Assembly: GCA_965277805.1 (NCBI GenBank)
Contig: OZ255842.1
Location: 1,536,001 to 1,600,000 of the forward strand
Source of the DNA: Candidatus Lustribacter sp.
GTDB lineage: Bacteria > Vulcanimicrobiota > Vulcanimicrobiia > Vulcanimicrobiales > Vulcanimicrobiaceae
Direction of reading: 5' to 3'
Length of the DNA stretch: 64,000 bases
In this document: one piece after another, positions 48,455 to 57,746 of the stretch
How positions within the stretch are numbered: the first letter of the stretch is position 1
How the letters are laid out: each line of letters opens with the position of its first letter
The notes under the pieces: generated by a model
The model's database searches: none
The model's input: only the letters and a program-made list of their open reading frames with translations
Told to the model about the DNA's origin: nothing
Position numbers and translations under genes: made by a program

Positions 48455-50359
48455 TCAGTGAAGCCGCTCGGCGACCGGGCGGCTTTTTTGTTTACGCAGC
48501 AGCGCCACCGACCGCTTCGGATCGATATTGTGGATGCGGCCGCCGGCACTCGTGGTGGCGCCGGCGCGGATCAGCGCGATCGTCTGCTGCGGCGTCAACG
48601 ACGGGTCGAGCGCGATGAGTTTGGCCGCGAGGTTGGTGACCATCGGCGCCGACATCGAGGTGCCCGAAAGCTCGACGTGGTGGCCGCCCGGCACCGTGCT
48701 GTCGACGTGGTAGCCGTCGGCGTCGACCAGTACCGTTTTGCCGTAGCTCGAAAACGATGCTTCATCCCCGGCTTGATCGGTCGCGCCCGCGACCAATAAG
48801 TTCGGCAGCACGAACGAGGCCGGCATCGTTTGATCGAAGCCGGAATCGGCGTCGGAGTTCCCGGCCGAGCAGACGAAGAGAATCTCGGGCGCGCTCTTCA
48901 GCGCCGCGTAGAGTCCGGCGGAATCGATCGCAAACAGGCGCGCCGCGATCGCTTTGCGTTCGGCTGCATCTTTGCCGATGTTGTTCTTCTCGAGCGCGGC
49001 CTCGACGCCGGCCGGCGTCCCGCCCCAGCTCATGTTGACCACGCGTACGTGACGCGCGCGAAAGTAATTCACGTAGGTCTTGTAGTCGGCAACGTCGCGG
49101 CGCACGAGCGCTTCCGACGGTGCTGCCGGCACGGCGCGGTAGTCGAACGTCAAGCGCCCGACGACGAGGCGCGCGGCCGGATTTCCGCGCAACGCGATGC
49201 CCGCCACGTGCGTGCCGTGCGCGTAGATCGAAAACATGTTCAGGTCTTGAAAGAACGGACCGACCTCCGGGGCTTTGAGCGCAGCGAACTGCTTCTTCAC
49301 AAGCGTCGCGGCGGGGCTATCGATCGACGATTGCAGATCGCTGTAACCTTCGAGCAGATCGATGGCTTGCGGGTAGGCTGCGCGTTGGGCCGGGGTGAGC
49401 GGCGCCAGCGGACCATGCGTCTTGAAACCGTCGATGTCGAAGGCGAGCCCGTGTGCGTCGAACTCTTTCGGCGCCGGATCGGTGTAGAGCTGATGCGGAA
49501 ACATCGTCACGTCGGAACCGGAATCCCAGATCGCGACACGCACCGGGGTGAGGCGGTCGCTTGCGTGCAGCGAGACCGAGCGCGCGGCCCAGATGTCGGG
49601 CTTTACCGAGGTGTGCTGCGCGATGATGGCGGCGATCACGGCCGACCCCTGCGGCCCGGCCGGAATGAGGATGTCGACGATGTAGCGCGATTGGATGACG
49701 AGTGCCGCGCTATCGTTGCCGAGCGTGTGTGACTGCGACGCACCGGGATCGATTTTCGCGGCGACGTTGCCGGCCATCAACGCCGGCGTGAGGATGTCGA
49801 AACGCGTCTTCGTTTGCTGTAAGAGCGATCCCACGACCGGCCACGGCAACGGTGCGAGTTCGGCCGCGTACGCCGCTTGGAACGCGTCGAGATAGGCCGG
49901 GCCGGACGTTGCGCCCGCTTTTGCGCGGGCGGCGACGATCGCGCGCGTCGTCAGGCCGCTCAATAGCTTCGCATCGGGCTTGTCTTCGAGCGCACGTATC
50001 TGATCGGCCGTCGCGAGCGCGCCGGCATCGTCGGTGCCCGAGAGCAGCTGCAGCTCGAGTTTTTCTTCCAGCAGAGCGCGCAGCGCGGCGTGATCTTGGA
50101 TGTCGTCGTTCGCCAGCAGCGTGTCGATGTCGGCCCGCACTTTCGCGGCCAAGAGATCGAAGTTCGGCCGGTCGCCGGCGACGAGCGCCGACGGCGCGAC
50201 CGCGATCGGATAGGTGAAGGCGGGCAGATCGGCCGCCGACGTGACGATCTTCTTCGCGGCGGTCTGAGCGCCGGCGGGCAGCGCCAATGCGAGCACGCAT
50301 GCCGCAATAGCAGCCAACCGTGCCGGCAAACGGCAAGTTATTGAAAACGTCACACGCAA
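48455..50359 (-). CDS. Secreted S8 (subtilisin-like) serine peptidase
   Basis: IWDSG, HGTHVAG, SAGN, SGTSMSAP catalytic motifs; start uncertain. Confidence 0.9.
   Translation of the reverse strand: MRVTFSITCRLPARLAAIAACVLALALPAGAQTAAKKIVTSAADLPAFTYPIAVAPSALVAGDRPNFDLLAAKVRADIDTLLANDDIQDHAALRALLEEKLELQLLSGTDDAGALATADQIRALEDKPDAKLLSGLTTRAIVAARAKAGATSGPAYLDAFQAAYAAELAPLPWPVVGSLLQQTKTRFDILTPALMAGNVAAKIDPGASQSHTLGNDSAALVIQSRYIVDILIPAGPQGSAVIAAIIAQHTSVKPDIWAARSVSLHASDRLTPVRVAIWDSGSDVTMFPHQLYTDPAPKEFDAHGLAFDIDGFKTHGPLAPLTPAQRAAYPQAIDLLEGYSDLQSSIDSPAATLVKKQFAALKAPEVGPFFQDLNMFSIYAHGTHVAGIALRGNPAARLVVGRLTFDYRAVPAAPSEALVRRDVADYKTYVNYFRARHVRVVNMSWGGTPAGVEAALEKNNIGKDAAERKAIAARLFAIDSAGLYAALKSAPEILFVCSAGNSDADSGFDQTMPASFVLPNLLVAGATDQAGDEASFSSYGKTVLVDADGYHVDSTVPGGHHVELSGTSMSAPMVTNLAAKLIALDPSLTPQQTIALIRAGATTSAGGRIHNIDPKRSVALLRKQKSRPVAERLH
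48461..48489 (+). terminator. Intrinsic terminator after rpsT
   Basis: AAGCCGCTCG-GCGAC-CGGGCGGCTT followed by a T run. Confidence 0.85.
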
Positions 50360-50396
50360 CCGTTGTGCGACGCGCGTGCAGCGTCCTTGCCCGGGC

Positions 50397-52808
50397 TCAT
50401 GCCTCGAACGTTACGACCAAGCGCGTTTCTTTGGACCGCGCGGCCTCGGGCAATACGCGGCTGCGCAATGCATCGCGCAGCGCCTCGAGTTCGCGCGTCT
50501 TGACGGCGATGCGGTAACGCCACTCATCGTTCAAACGCGCCAGCGGATAGGTGGCCGGACCGAGCACTTCCCAGCGTTCGTCGCCGCGCAGAAGTTCGGC
50601 GTAGCGTTCGATCGCGGACTCGACGCTCGCGCGGCTGCGGCCCATCACGCCCGCAAACACGAGCCGCACGAACGGCGGCCACTGCAGCGCGCGCCGTTCG
50701 GCCAGCTCCTGGTGCGCGAAACCCTCGTAGTCGTGCTGCGCGGCAAATGCGATCGCCGGATGCGACGCGCTATACGTTTGGATGAACGCTTCGCCGGCGC
50801 GCGCGCGCCCGCTGCGGCCGCACACCTGCACGACGACGTCGAACGTGCGCTCCGCCGCGCGATAGTCGGCGACGTGCAGATCGAGATCGGCCGCAATCGC
50901 GCCGACCAGCGTCACTTCGGGGAAATCGAGCCCCTTCGCGACCATCTGCGTGCCGACGAGCACGTCGGCTTCGCGCGCGAAGCGATCGAGCAGACGCGCG
51001 TGATCGCCGATGCGGGTCGTCGTGTCGGCGTCCATCCGCACGATGCGCGCGGCCGGAAACAAGGCTTCCACTTCGGTTGCGACGCGTTGCGTCCCGACCC
51101 CGTACGTTGCGATCGGACCGAGCCCGCACGACGGACAGATCTCGGGAATCGGCTGCTGCGCATCGCAGTAATGGCAGCGCAACCGCCCTTCGTCGCGATG
51201 CACGACGAGCGAGGTGGAGCAGCGTTCGCAGTTGGGAACGTAGCCGCACGAACGGCAGAGCACGAACCGCGCCGCGCCCCGCCGGTTGACGAACAGCACG
51301 CTCTTCTCGCCGCGCTCGAGCCGTTCGCCGATCGCAGCCACCAGCCGCGTGCTGAAAATCCGGTTGCTGCCGGCTTCGAACTCGCGCGCCATGTCGACGA
51401 TGTGCGTTTCCGGCAGCGGCTGCGCGGTGGCCCGTTCGCGCAGCCGCACGAGGGGGAAGCGTCCGGCCTTGGCGCGCGCGTAGTCTTCGAGCGCGGGGGT
51501 CGCACTGCCGAGCACGAGCACGCCGCCGGCGCGGCGCATGCGTTCGCGCGCCACGTCGACGGCATGGTAGCGCGGCGTGTTGTCTTGCCGGTACGAGGAT
51601 TCGTGTTCTTCGTCAACGACGATCATCTGCACGCCGGGGAGCGGCGCGAACACCGCGCTGCGCGCGCCGACGACGACGTCGAGTTCGCCGCGCGCCGCGG
51701 CTTGCCAAGCATCGTAGCGTTCGCGCTCCGAAAGCGCTGAGTGCAGCACGGCCACGCGCTCGCCGAACGCGCGCTCGAAACGCTCCGCGGTTTGCGGGGT
51801 CAACGCGATCTCCGGCACGAGCACGATCGCGCGGGCGCCGCGCGCCAGCACGCGCGCGATCGCGTGCAAGTACACGAGCGTCTTGCCGCTGCCGGTTGCA
51901 CCGTACACGAGCAGTTGCGCGTACGTTCCGGCATCGGTAGCGGCGGCGATCGCATCGATTGCGCCGCGCTGTTCGTCCGTCGGCACGAGATCGGGCAAGT
52001 TGAGCCGCCGTTCTCGCGCGGCGGCGAGCGAACGCGCCGATTCGATCACCGCGCCCGCAGCGATCGCGCGCCGGATCACGGCGTCGCTGAACCCCGCCAG
52101 CACCGCATCGGTGCGGCGCACCGGTGCGTGTTCGCGCACGTAGGCGGCGAGCGCCGCCGCGCTGCGCCCGCGAATCATTGCTTCACCCGGCTCCAGGACG
52201 CGAATCGTCCGCTCGCTCACCGGCGGACGCACGAACGTGCGCCGCCGCTCCAGCGCGCCGCCGCGCACGAGCGCACCGATCGCCGCGATGAGCGTGCGCC
52301 GGTCGCCGCTGCGCCGCGCTTCGGGATGCCGCAGCAACGCCGCCGGTGAGATCCCGGCCGCCGCGTCGTCCCATAGCAGGCGAACCAGACGTTCGGGCAC
52401 GCTCGGAAAACGCTCGGGCGCCGGCGGCGCACCAACCGGCACGAATCGTTCGACGACGCGCGGCACCGCATCGGCCAGCACCACGGTGGTCAGCGCTTCG
52501 CGCAGCGAGCACAAGTAGGTTTGCGCGACCCAGCGCGCGAGGGCCAGTCCTTCGTCATCGAAAGCACGCGGCGCATCGGTGCGCGCGGCGACGGCACGCA
52601 GCTTGATCGCGGGATCGGTCACGTCGCGCTCCGCCGTCACGACGTAGGCGAACACCTCACGCGAACCGAGCGGAACGCGCACGATTTCGCCCACGCGCAG
52701 CGCGGGCGAGCTTGCCCCGAGCGCAGTCGAGGGGTCCGGGACGCTGTAGGTGAGCGCGCGATCGAAACGAGCCGTGGTCAGGTGAACGAGAACGTCGACG
52801 GCCCGCAC
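50397..52808 (-). CDS. priA: Primosomal protein N'
   Basis: GATGSGKT, LVPEIALTPQ, DEEHE, C-rich zinc motifs, GTQMVAKGLDF; start GTG 52808 or TTG 52832. Confidence 0.95.
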   Translation of the reverse strand: MRAVDVLVHLTTARFDRALTYSVPDPSTALGASSPALRVGEIVRVPLGSREVFAYVVTAERDVTDPAIKLRAVAARTDAPRAFDDEGLALARWVAQTYLCSLREALTTVVLADAVPRVVERFVPVGAPPAPERFPSVPERLVRLLWDDAAAGISPAALLRHPEARRSGDRRTLIAAIGALVRGGALERRRTFVRPPVSERTIRVLEPGEAMIRGRSAAALAAYVREHAPVRRTDAVLAGFSDAVIRRAIAAGAVIESARSLAAARERRLNLPDLVPTDEQRGAIDAIAAATDAGTYAQLLVYGATGSGKTLVYLHAIARVLARGARAIVLVPEIALTPQTAERFERAFGERVAVLHSALSERERYDAWQAAARGELDVVVGARSAVFAPLPGVQMIVVDEEHESSYRQDNTPRYHAVDVARERMRRAGGVLVLGSATPALEDYARAKAGRFPLVRLRERATAQPLPETHIVDMAREFEAGSNRIFSTRLVAAIGERLERGEKSVLFVNRRGAARFVLCRSCGYVPNCERCSTSLVVHRDEGRLRCHYCDAQQPIPEICPSCGLGPIATYGVGTQRVATEVEALFPAARIVRMDADTTTRIGDHARLLDRFAREADVLVGTQMVAKGLDFPEVTLVGAIAADLDLHVADYRAAERTFDVVVQVCGRSGRARAGEAFIQTYSASHPAIAFAAQHDYEGFAHQELAERRALQWPPFVRLVFAGVMGRSRASVESAIERYAELLRGDERWEVLGPATYPLARLNDEWRYRIAVKTRELEALRDALRSRVLPEAARSKETRLVVTFEA
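52711..52734. repeat. Single REP-like unit in-frame within priA
   Basis: CTTGCCCCGAGCGCAGTCGAGGGG shares the CCCCGAGC-N3-GTCGAGGGG core with the 41697 arm; encodes PSTALGAS. Confidence 0.6.
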
Positions 52809-53836
52809 GGAGCAGTCGTTCGTGTCCCGCAAACGAGGGCCCCGTCGAGACCGAAATACGAGACCGCATTGCGCCCGCTCCGCTTGCTATGGTACATAGC
52901 CTCGTCGGCGCGCTCCAGCAGCTCGCTCGGCGTGGCAGCATCGGCCGGATACGCAGCCACACCGATGCTCGCGGTGATCGCAACATCCGCGCGCGCAGCC
53001 GGCGAACGCAGCGCGGCGAGATCGAGCGTTTCGATCGCGCGGCGCACGGTTTCGGCGCGTTCGACGGCGCGCGACTTCTCGGTATCGGCAAACACGATGC
53101 AGAACTCGTCGCCGCCGTTGCGTGCGACGAGGTCATCGTCGCCGCACGCGCCGCGCAGCACGCGTGCCAGCGCGCGCAGCAGCGCATCGCCGCCGGCATG
53201 TCCGTAGGTGTCGTTCCAGCTCTTGAAGTGATCGGTGTCGACGAAGAGCAATGCCATCCGCGCGAGCGGCGCGAAGCGCGCACGTTCGATCGCAAGCGCG
53301 AGCCGTTCGCGCAGCGCGCGCGGCGAAAGCAATCCGGTCAGCGCGTCGTATTCGGCGCGGTGCAGATACGCTTCGCGTTCGTGTGCGAGGGCATACGCGA
53401 AGCCGGCGTGATCGGCCAGCGCAACGATCGCTTCGAGCGCGGCATCCTCGACCGCGCACGGTGCCGCGGCATAGACGACGCTGGCGCCGCCGCCTTCGCG
53501 CAACAACGGCACGGCAACGGCGAACACATCGGCCGGATGAAAGCCGCGTGCGCCGCCGTCGCCGAGGACGGCCCGGTGGCCGCGCGCCAGCGCTTGCGCC
53601 GGCAGGGTGCGCACTTCGCGGCGCGTGATGCGCACGCCGGCGAAGTACATCACCCGCGCGCCGCCGGCCGCAACGCAGACGAGGTCGCCGTCTTCTTCAT
53701 CGAAGATTAGCACGGAATCGATCGCGGGCGCAACGCTGCGGATCGCCGCCGCAAGTTCGGCCCGCACGTCGCCGACCGAACGCGTCGCCGCGAGGCCCAG
53801 GCGCCGTACGCCTTCTACGAGGTTCACGAGCTGCAT
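52778..53836 (-). CDS. GAF-like sensor plus GGDEF diguanylate cyclase
   Basis: DALTGL, DTDHFKSWNDTYGHAGGD, RNGGDEF. Confidence 0.9.
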   Translation of the reverse strand: MQLVNLVEGVRRLGLAATRSVGDVRAELAAAIRSVAPAIDSVLIFDEEDGDLVCVAAGGARVMYFAGVRITRREVRTLPAQALARGHRAVLGDGGARGFHPADVFAVAVPLLREGGGASVVYAAAPCAVEDAALEAIVALADHAGFAYALAHEREAYLHRAEYDALTGLLSPRALRERLALAIERARFAPLARMALLFVDTDHFKSWNDTYGHAGGDALLRALARVLRGACGDDDLVARNGGDEFCIVFADTEKSRAVERAETVRRAIETLDLAALRSPAARADVAITASIGVAAYPADAATPSELLERADEAMYHSKRSGRNAVSYFGLDGALVCGTRTTAPCGPSTFSFT

Positions 53837-53875
53837 GACCCCGTACAGTGCCCGGCCCGCGCCGGGTGATTCGCC

Positions 53876-54556
53876 TTACGGGATAAGGGCGCGGAGGCGG
53901 TCGGGTTCGACGATCACGACGTGGGCGGTGCGCATGTCGACGAGCTTGTCGTCCCAGAACCGGTTCAGCGTACGATTGACGGTCTCGCGCGTTGTCCCGA
54001 TCATGTTCGCCATTTCCTGATTGGTCAGGCGCAGCGTGATCCGCGTGCCGTTGTCGACGCGCTCGCCGAACTGATCGCTCAGGTTCAGCAGCAGCGAGGC
54101 GAGACGCGCCCGGATGTCTTGCGAGGTCGTCGCGGCGATCAGGGCATTCGCGGCGCGCAACCGCTCCGAGAGCGCGATCACGAGCGAACGCCCGATTTTG
54201 GGATTGCGGTCGAGCAGCACCAGGAAGTCGGCCTGGCGGATCGCCCCGACCTCGGTTTCGGTCAAGGTCTTGATCGACGCGCTGCGCAGTGAGGAATCGA
54301 ACATCGACATCTCGCCGAAGAAATCGCCCTCTTTCAGGATCGAGAGAATCGTCTCGCGGCCGTCAGGTGCGATCCGGCACACTGATATCGATCCCTTGAC
54401 CAGAATGAAGAAGGTGTCGCCAGGGTCGCCCTCGCGCACGATGAATTGGTGTTTTCCGTAACGACGATCGGTGACCGTGGCAGCTACGGCAGCTGCCTCG
54501 TCATCCGCGAAGTCGCGAAAGAGCGGAACACGTCGTATGGACGCGACGTCGATCAT
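53876..54556 (-). CDS. Crp/Fnr family regulator with cNMP-binding signature
   Basis: FFGEMS...RSAS cNMP pocket; HTH TTRETVNR. Confidence 0.92.
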   Translation of the reverse strand: MIDVASIRRVPLFRDFADDEAAAVAATVTDRRYGKHQFIVREGDPGDTFFILVKGSISVCRIAPDGRETILSILKEGDFFGEMSMFDSSLRSASIKTLTETEVGAIRQADFLVLLDRNPKIGRSLVIALSERLRAANALIAATTSQDIRARLASLLLNLSDQFGERVDNGTRITLRLTNQEMANMIGTTRETVNRTLNRFWDDKLVDMRTAHVVIVEPDRLRALIP

Positions 54557-54570
54557 ATTGAGGACGGAGT

Positions 54571-57408
54571 TTGCCGATGCCGGAGCCCAGCCTTCTTCCA
54601 GAGCGGATTTTCGGACTCTCCGCCGTGGACGGCCGGCGCGCGGTCCGTCCGGGCGAGGTAATCAGCTTCCACTTCCGGGCGAAAAACGGAAGCCAAGTTG
54701 CAACCCCGCCCGCACTGCTCGTGCTCGTGCTGCCGCCGGGGTGGTCGCCGCTGGATAAGCTCGAGGCCGAGATCCCATCCGTCGCCCCCGGGGCCGAACA
54801 CAGCGTCGCCTTTCGCGCCCGTCCCGACGTGGCCGACGCGACGACCGCGCACTCGCCGGTGCAGGCCGCCCTTCACCTCGACACGCTGGTGCTCGGCTCC
54901 AACGTCGTCCACATGCGCGTCTTCGGGCAACCGCGCCTCAACGGGCCGGCCAGCGGCGTGCGGATCGAGCCCGCCGGCGGCGATGCGCTGCGCGTCTCGG
55001 TCACGATCGTCAACGAGGGCGACGCCGCGGCCCGCGCCGTGCGCGCGGTCGTGCCGCCCCCGCCCGGCTTCGGTGCCGAAGAATCCGCGATCGTCGCGAG
55101 CGTCGCCGAGCTACCGGTCGGGGGCACGTTGTCGTACGCGTACACAATGATACCGCTCGGGCCGGCCGCCGCGACCGTGCGCATCGACGACGCCTACGTC
55201 GCCTTCGACGGCGGCCGCGTCGCGCTGACCACCGGCGCATCGGCCCTCCTCGCGCCCGACATCGACGAACCGGCGATCGAGGCCGAACGCCGGGCGAGCC
55301 GCCTCGACCTCAAGATCCGCATCGCGAACACCGGCTGGGTCGCCGCGCGCGACGTGCGCTGCGCGTTGGAGTTGCCGGCGGGCTGGCGGGTGCTGCGCGG
55401 CACGATGCGGGCCGACGGTGCGCCGCCCGCAATCCGCCGTGACAACGAATCCGAGAACGGCGTCGCCATGGCGCTGCCGCTCGTGCCCGCGCGCGGCTTC
55501 GTCGACCTCACCGTCGTCGCCAGCGCGTCGCGGCCGCGGGTCGAAGGCGATCTGACCGTGCGCTGCGGGAGCCACACAGTGACGTTCCCGATCCCGGAAG
55601 TGGCCGAGCGCGCCCTGCGCATCGATGCGCGACCCGAATCGGCCTTTGCCGAACCGGGTTCGGATATGCCGATCGCGATCGACGTGCAGAACACCGGCGA
55701 GACGTCCGAACGCGTCATCGTAACGCTCGACGAACAGCCGTGCTGGAACGGTGAACTGCGCGCCGGCGCGGCCGCGGCGTTCATCGCGCGGCTCATGGTG
55801 CCGAGTCACTTGGGCGACGGCGACATACTGCCCGTGGCGGTTACCGCCGGGGGCGACGACGGCGTGCAACTCGCGACGGCGACCTTCGACCTTCGCACCG
55901 TCGACCGCCCGTGGATCGCGATCGACGACGTGGTTTGGGAATGCGGTCAAGCGCGCGTCACGATTCGTAACGTCGGCGCAACTGCGGCCCGCGACGTGCG
56001 GCTCGACGGGGAGGACGAGATCCTGATCGCATCGCTCGCCCCGGGGGAAACACATTCGATCGTGGTCGCACCCGCGGTCGCGCGCGCGGCTTCGCTCGTC
56101 GGACACGACGGCCGCGCCGTGCCGATCGGCTGGGACGATCAAGCCGCGCCGGTCGCGGTCACGGCACAACTCGTCGCCGCAGCAACGGCGCGCAGCGGCG
56201 AGCGGCTCGACGTGCGCTTGCGCATTACTGGTGCCGGTGCGATACAAACGTTGCGCGTGCGTCCGCGCGCGCATGCCGCGGCGGTCTACGTCGACGGTTC
56301 CACGACCGTCAACGGACACGCGGTCGTTGACGGTATCGAAGGCCCGCCGCTGTTCACGCGCGACGGTCTTGCGCTGCACGACATTCCGGCCGGCACGTTC
56401 GTCGAAATTGCGTGGTCGCTCTTGCCGCGCACGCCGGGCGAACTCATCGTCGCGGCCGACGTCGAGGCCAACGGCAATGCCGTCGACGTGGAGGTGCGCA
56501 ATGTGACGATCGCCGACGCGCCGCCGTTCGGTGCCCGTCCCAACGCATTGCCCTTCCACATCGACGCTCCGACCGTCGGCGACTTCAGCATCGCCGCGCC
56601 GTACACGGGCGCAGCAGCCGTCCTGCCCGTGGCGGCCGGACCGACAGGCATCGACGAGTTACCGGCCGCTCCCGATTCATCCGATCCCGGCGCCTGGACC
56701 CTCGCGCCGCCCGACGTGCCTACCGGCGAGACGAGCGCGTCTCCGGCGACCGGCGGTGCGGTCGTCGCGTGGCTGACGCTCGACGCCGTGCGCTCCGCCG
56801 CGATCGTGCGCGTGTTGCGCGGCGCACGCGGCACGGGCATGATCAGCCACGTTCCGTCGCTCGCGGTGCTGTTTCCGAACGCGATCGCATCGGGTGATCC
56901 CGCGCTCGACGCGGCGTTCGCCGGCGCATCGGAAGCGATCCGCGGCATGTACGAACGCCTCTTCGTGAAACTGCGCATCCCGGGTTACGGCGTCACGCCC
57001 GCCGATCTCGAAGATGCAGCGACGCGCACGGAATTGCTGGCGCTGCTCGAACGCATCGATACGACGAACGATCCCGCGGGCACGCCCGATTCGAGCGCGG
57101 ACGTGTACGTGTGCGTCGATCGCAGCCGCGTTCGCGCGGCGCGGGCGGCGCTGGCGCAAGCTCCGCTCGGCGGACCGTATACGCTGGCCGCGATCGCCGC
57201 GTTGCTGCCGCGCTTCGGCCGCGGCGATGCCGCGGTTGCCGTCGGCGCATATGCGAGCGAGTTGGCGACAACGTTCGATGCGGCGTGCGCGTTCTCACAT
57301 GCTGAGTTTGCCGCGTATCTCACCTCGCAAGGTTCGCCCGACCTCGATAATGCGCGCGCCGTTGCCGTCGCCGTGCTCGATGCGCACAACGAGTTGACGT
57401 CACCGTGA
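54571..57408 (+). CDS. Large hypothetical protein with repeated DUF11/CARDB-like Ig modules
   Basis: Recurrent (I/V)xNxG..AAR.V motifs and YVDGSTTVNG; no signal peptide. Confidence 0.7.
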   Translation: MPMPEPSLLPERIFGLSAVDGRRAVRPGEVISFHFRAKNGSQVATPPALLVLVLPPGWSPLDKLEAEIPSVAPGAEHSVAFRARPDVADATTAHSPVQAALHLDTLVLGSNVVHMRVFGQPRLNGPASGVRIEPAGGDALRVSVTIVNEGDAAARAVRAVVPPPPGFGAEESAIVASVAELPVGGTLSYAYTMIPLGPAAATVRIDDAYVAFDGGRVALTTGASALLAPDIDEPAIEAERRASRLDLKIRIANTGWVAARDVRCALELPAGWRVLRGTMRADGAPPAIRRDNESENGVAMALPLVPARGFVDLTVVASASRPRVEGDLTVRCGSHTVTFPIPEVAERALRIDARPESAFAEPGSDMPIAIDVQNTGETSERVIVTLDEQPCWNGELRAGAAAAFIARLMVPSHLGDGDILPVAVTAGGDDGVQLATATFDLRTVDRPWIAIDDVVWECGQARVTIRNVGATAARDVRLDGEDEILIASLAPGETHSIVVAPAVARAASLVGHDGRAVPIGWDDQAAPVAVTAQLVAAATARSGERLDVRLRITGAGAIQTLRVRPRAHAAAVYVDGSTTVNGHAVVDGIEGPPLFTRDGLALHDIPAGTFVEIAWSLLPRTPGELIVAADVEANGNAVDVEVRNVTIADAPPFGARPNALPFHIDAPTVGDFSIAAPYTGAAAVLPVAAGPTGIDELPAAPDSSDPGAWTLAPPDVPTGETSASPATGGAVVAWLTLDAVRSAAIVRVLRGARGTGMISHVPSLAVLFPNAIASGDPALDAAFAGASEAIRGMYERLFVKLRIPGYGVTPADLEDAATRTELLALLERIDTTNDPAGTPDSSADVYVCVDRSRVRAARAALAQAPLGGPYTLAAIAALLPRFGRGDAAVAVGAYASELATTFDAACAFSHAEFAAYLTSQGSPDLDNARAVAVAVLDAHNELTSP

Positions 57409-57746
57409 ACGAAGCCGTTCCCGCAGCGCTCGCAGTCGCCGGTACCGCGCTGATGGCGGTCGCGTTCTTCGGCCCATTCCGCCGCCGCGCGCTCGACGCC
57501 GACCCCGAAACGGAAGCCGCGAACGGCGTAGCGCACACCGGCAGGGTCGCGTGGCCGGCGCTCGTCGAAGCATCAGCGTCGGCGATCGACGTCCCCGCGC
57601 GCATCGACCTCGCCGACGCGCTCGGCGCGTTGCAATCGGTGTGGTCGGAATCCGTCCTGCGCAGAGCCTACGAGACGGAATCCGATCCCGGTGTGCGCTC
57701 CGCCATCGAAGCGGCATTATCGTCGAGCCAGTCCCTCGTCACGTAA
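57405..57746 (+). CDS. Small membrane-anchored protein with HEAT-like C-terminus
   Basis: GTGA coupling; N-terminal TM; R.DLADALG...E.DP.VR.AIEAAL. Confidence 0.6.
   Translation: MNEAVPAALAVAGTALMAVAFFGPFRRRALDADPETEAANGVAHTGRVAWPALVEASASAIDVPARIDLADALGALQSVWSESVLRRAYETESDPGVRSAIEAALSSSQSLVT

Noticed and set aside
53837-54600. Canonical Crp box (TGTGA-N6-TCACA) near crp or other promoters
   Set aside because: Only half-sites were found in the intergenic regions inspected
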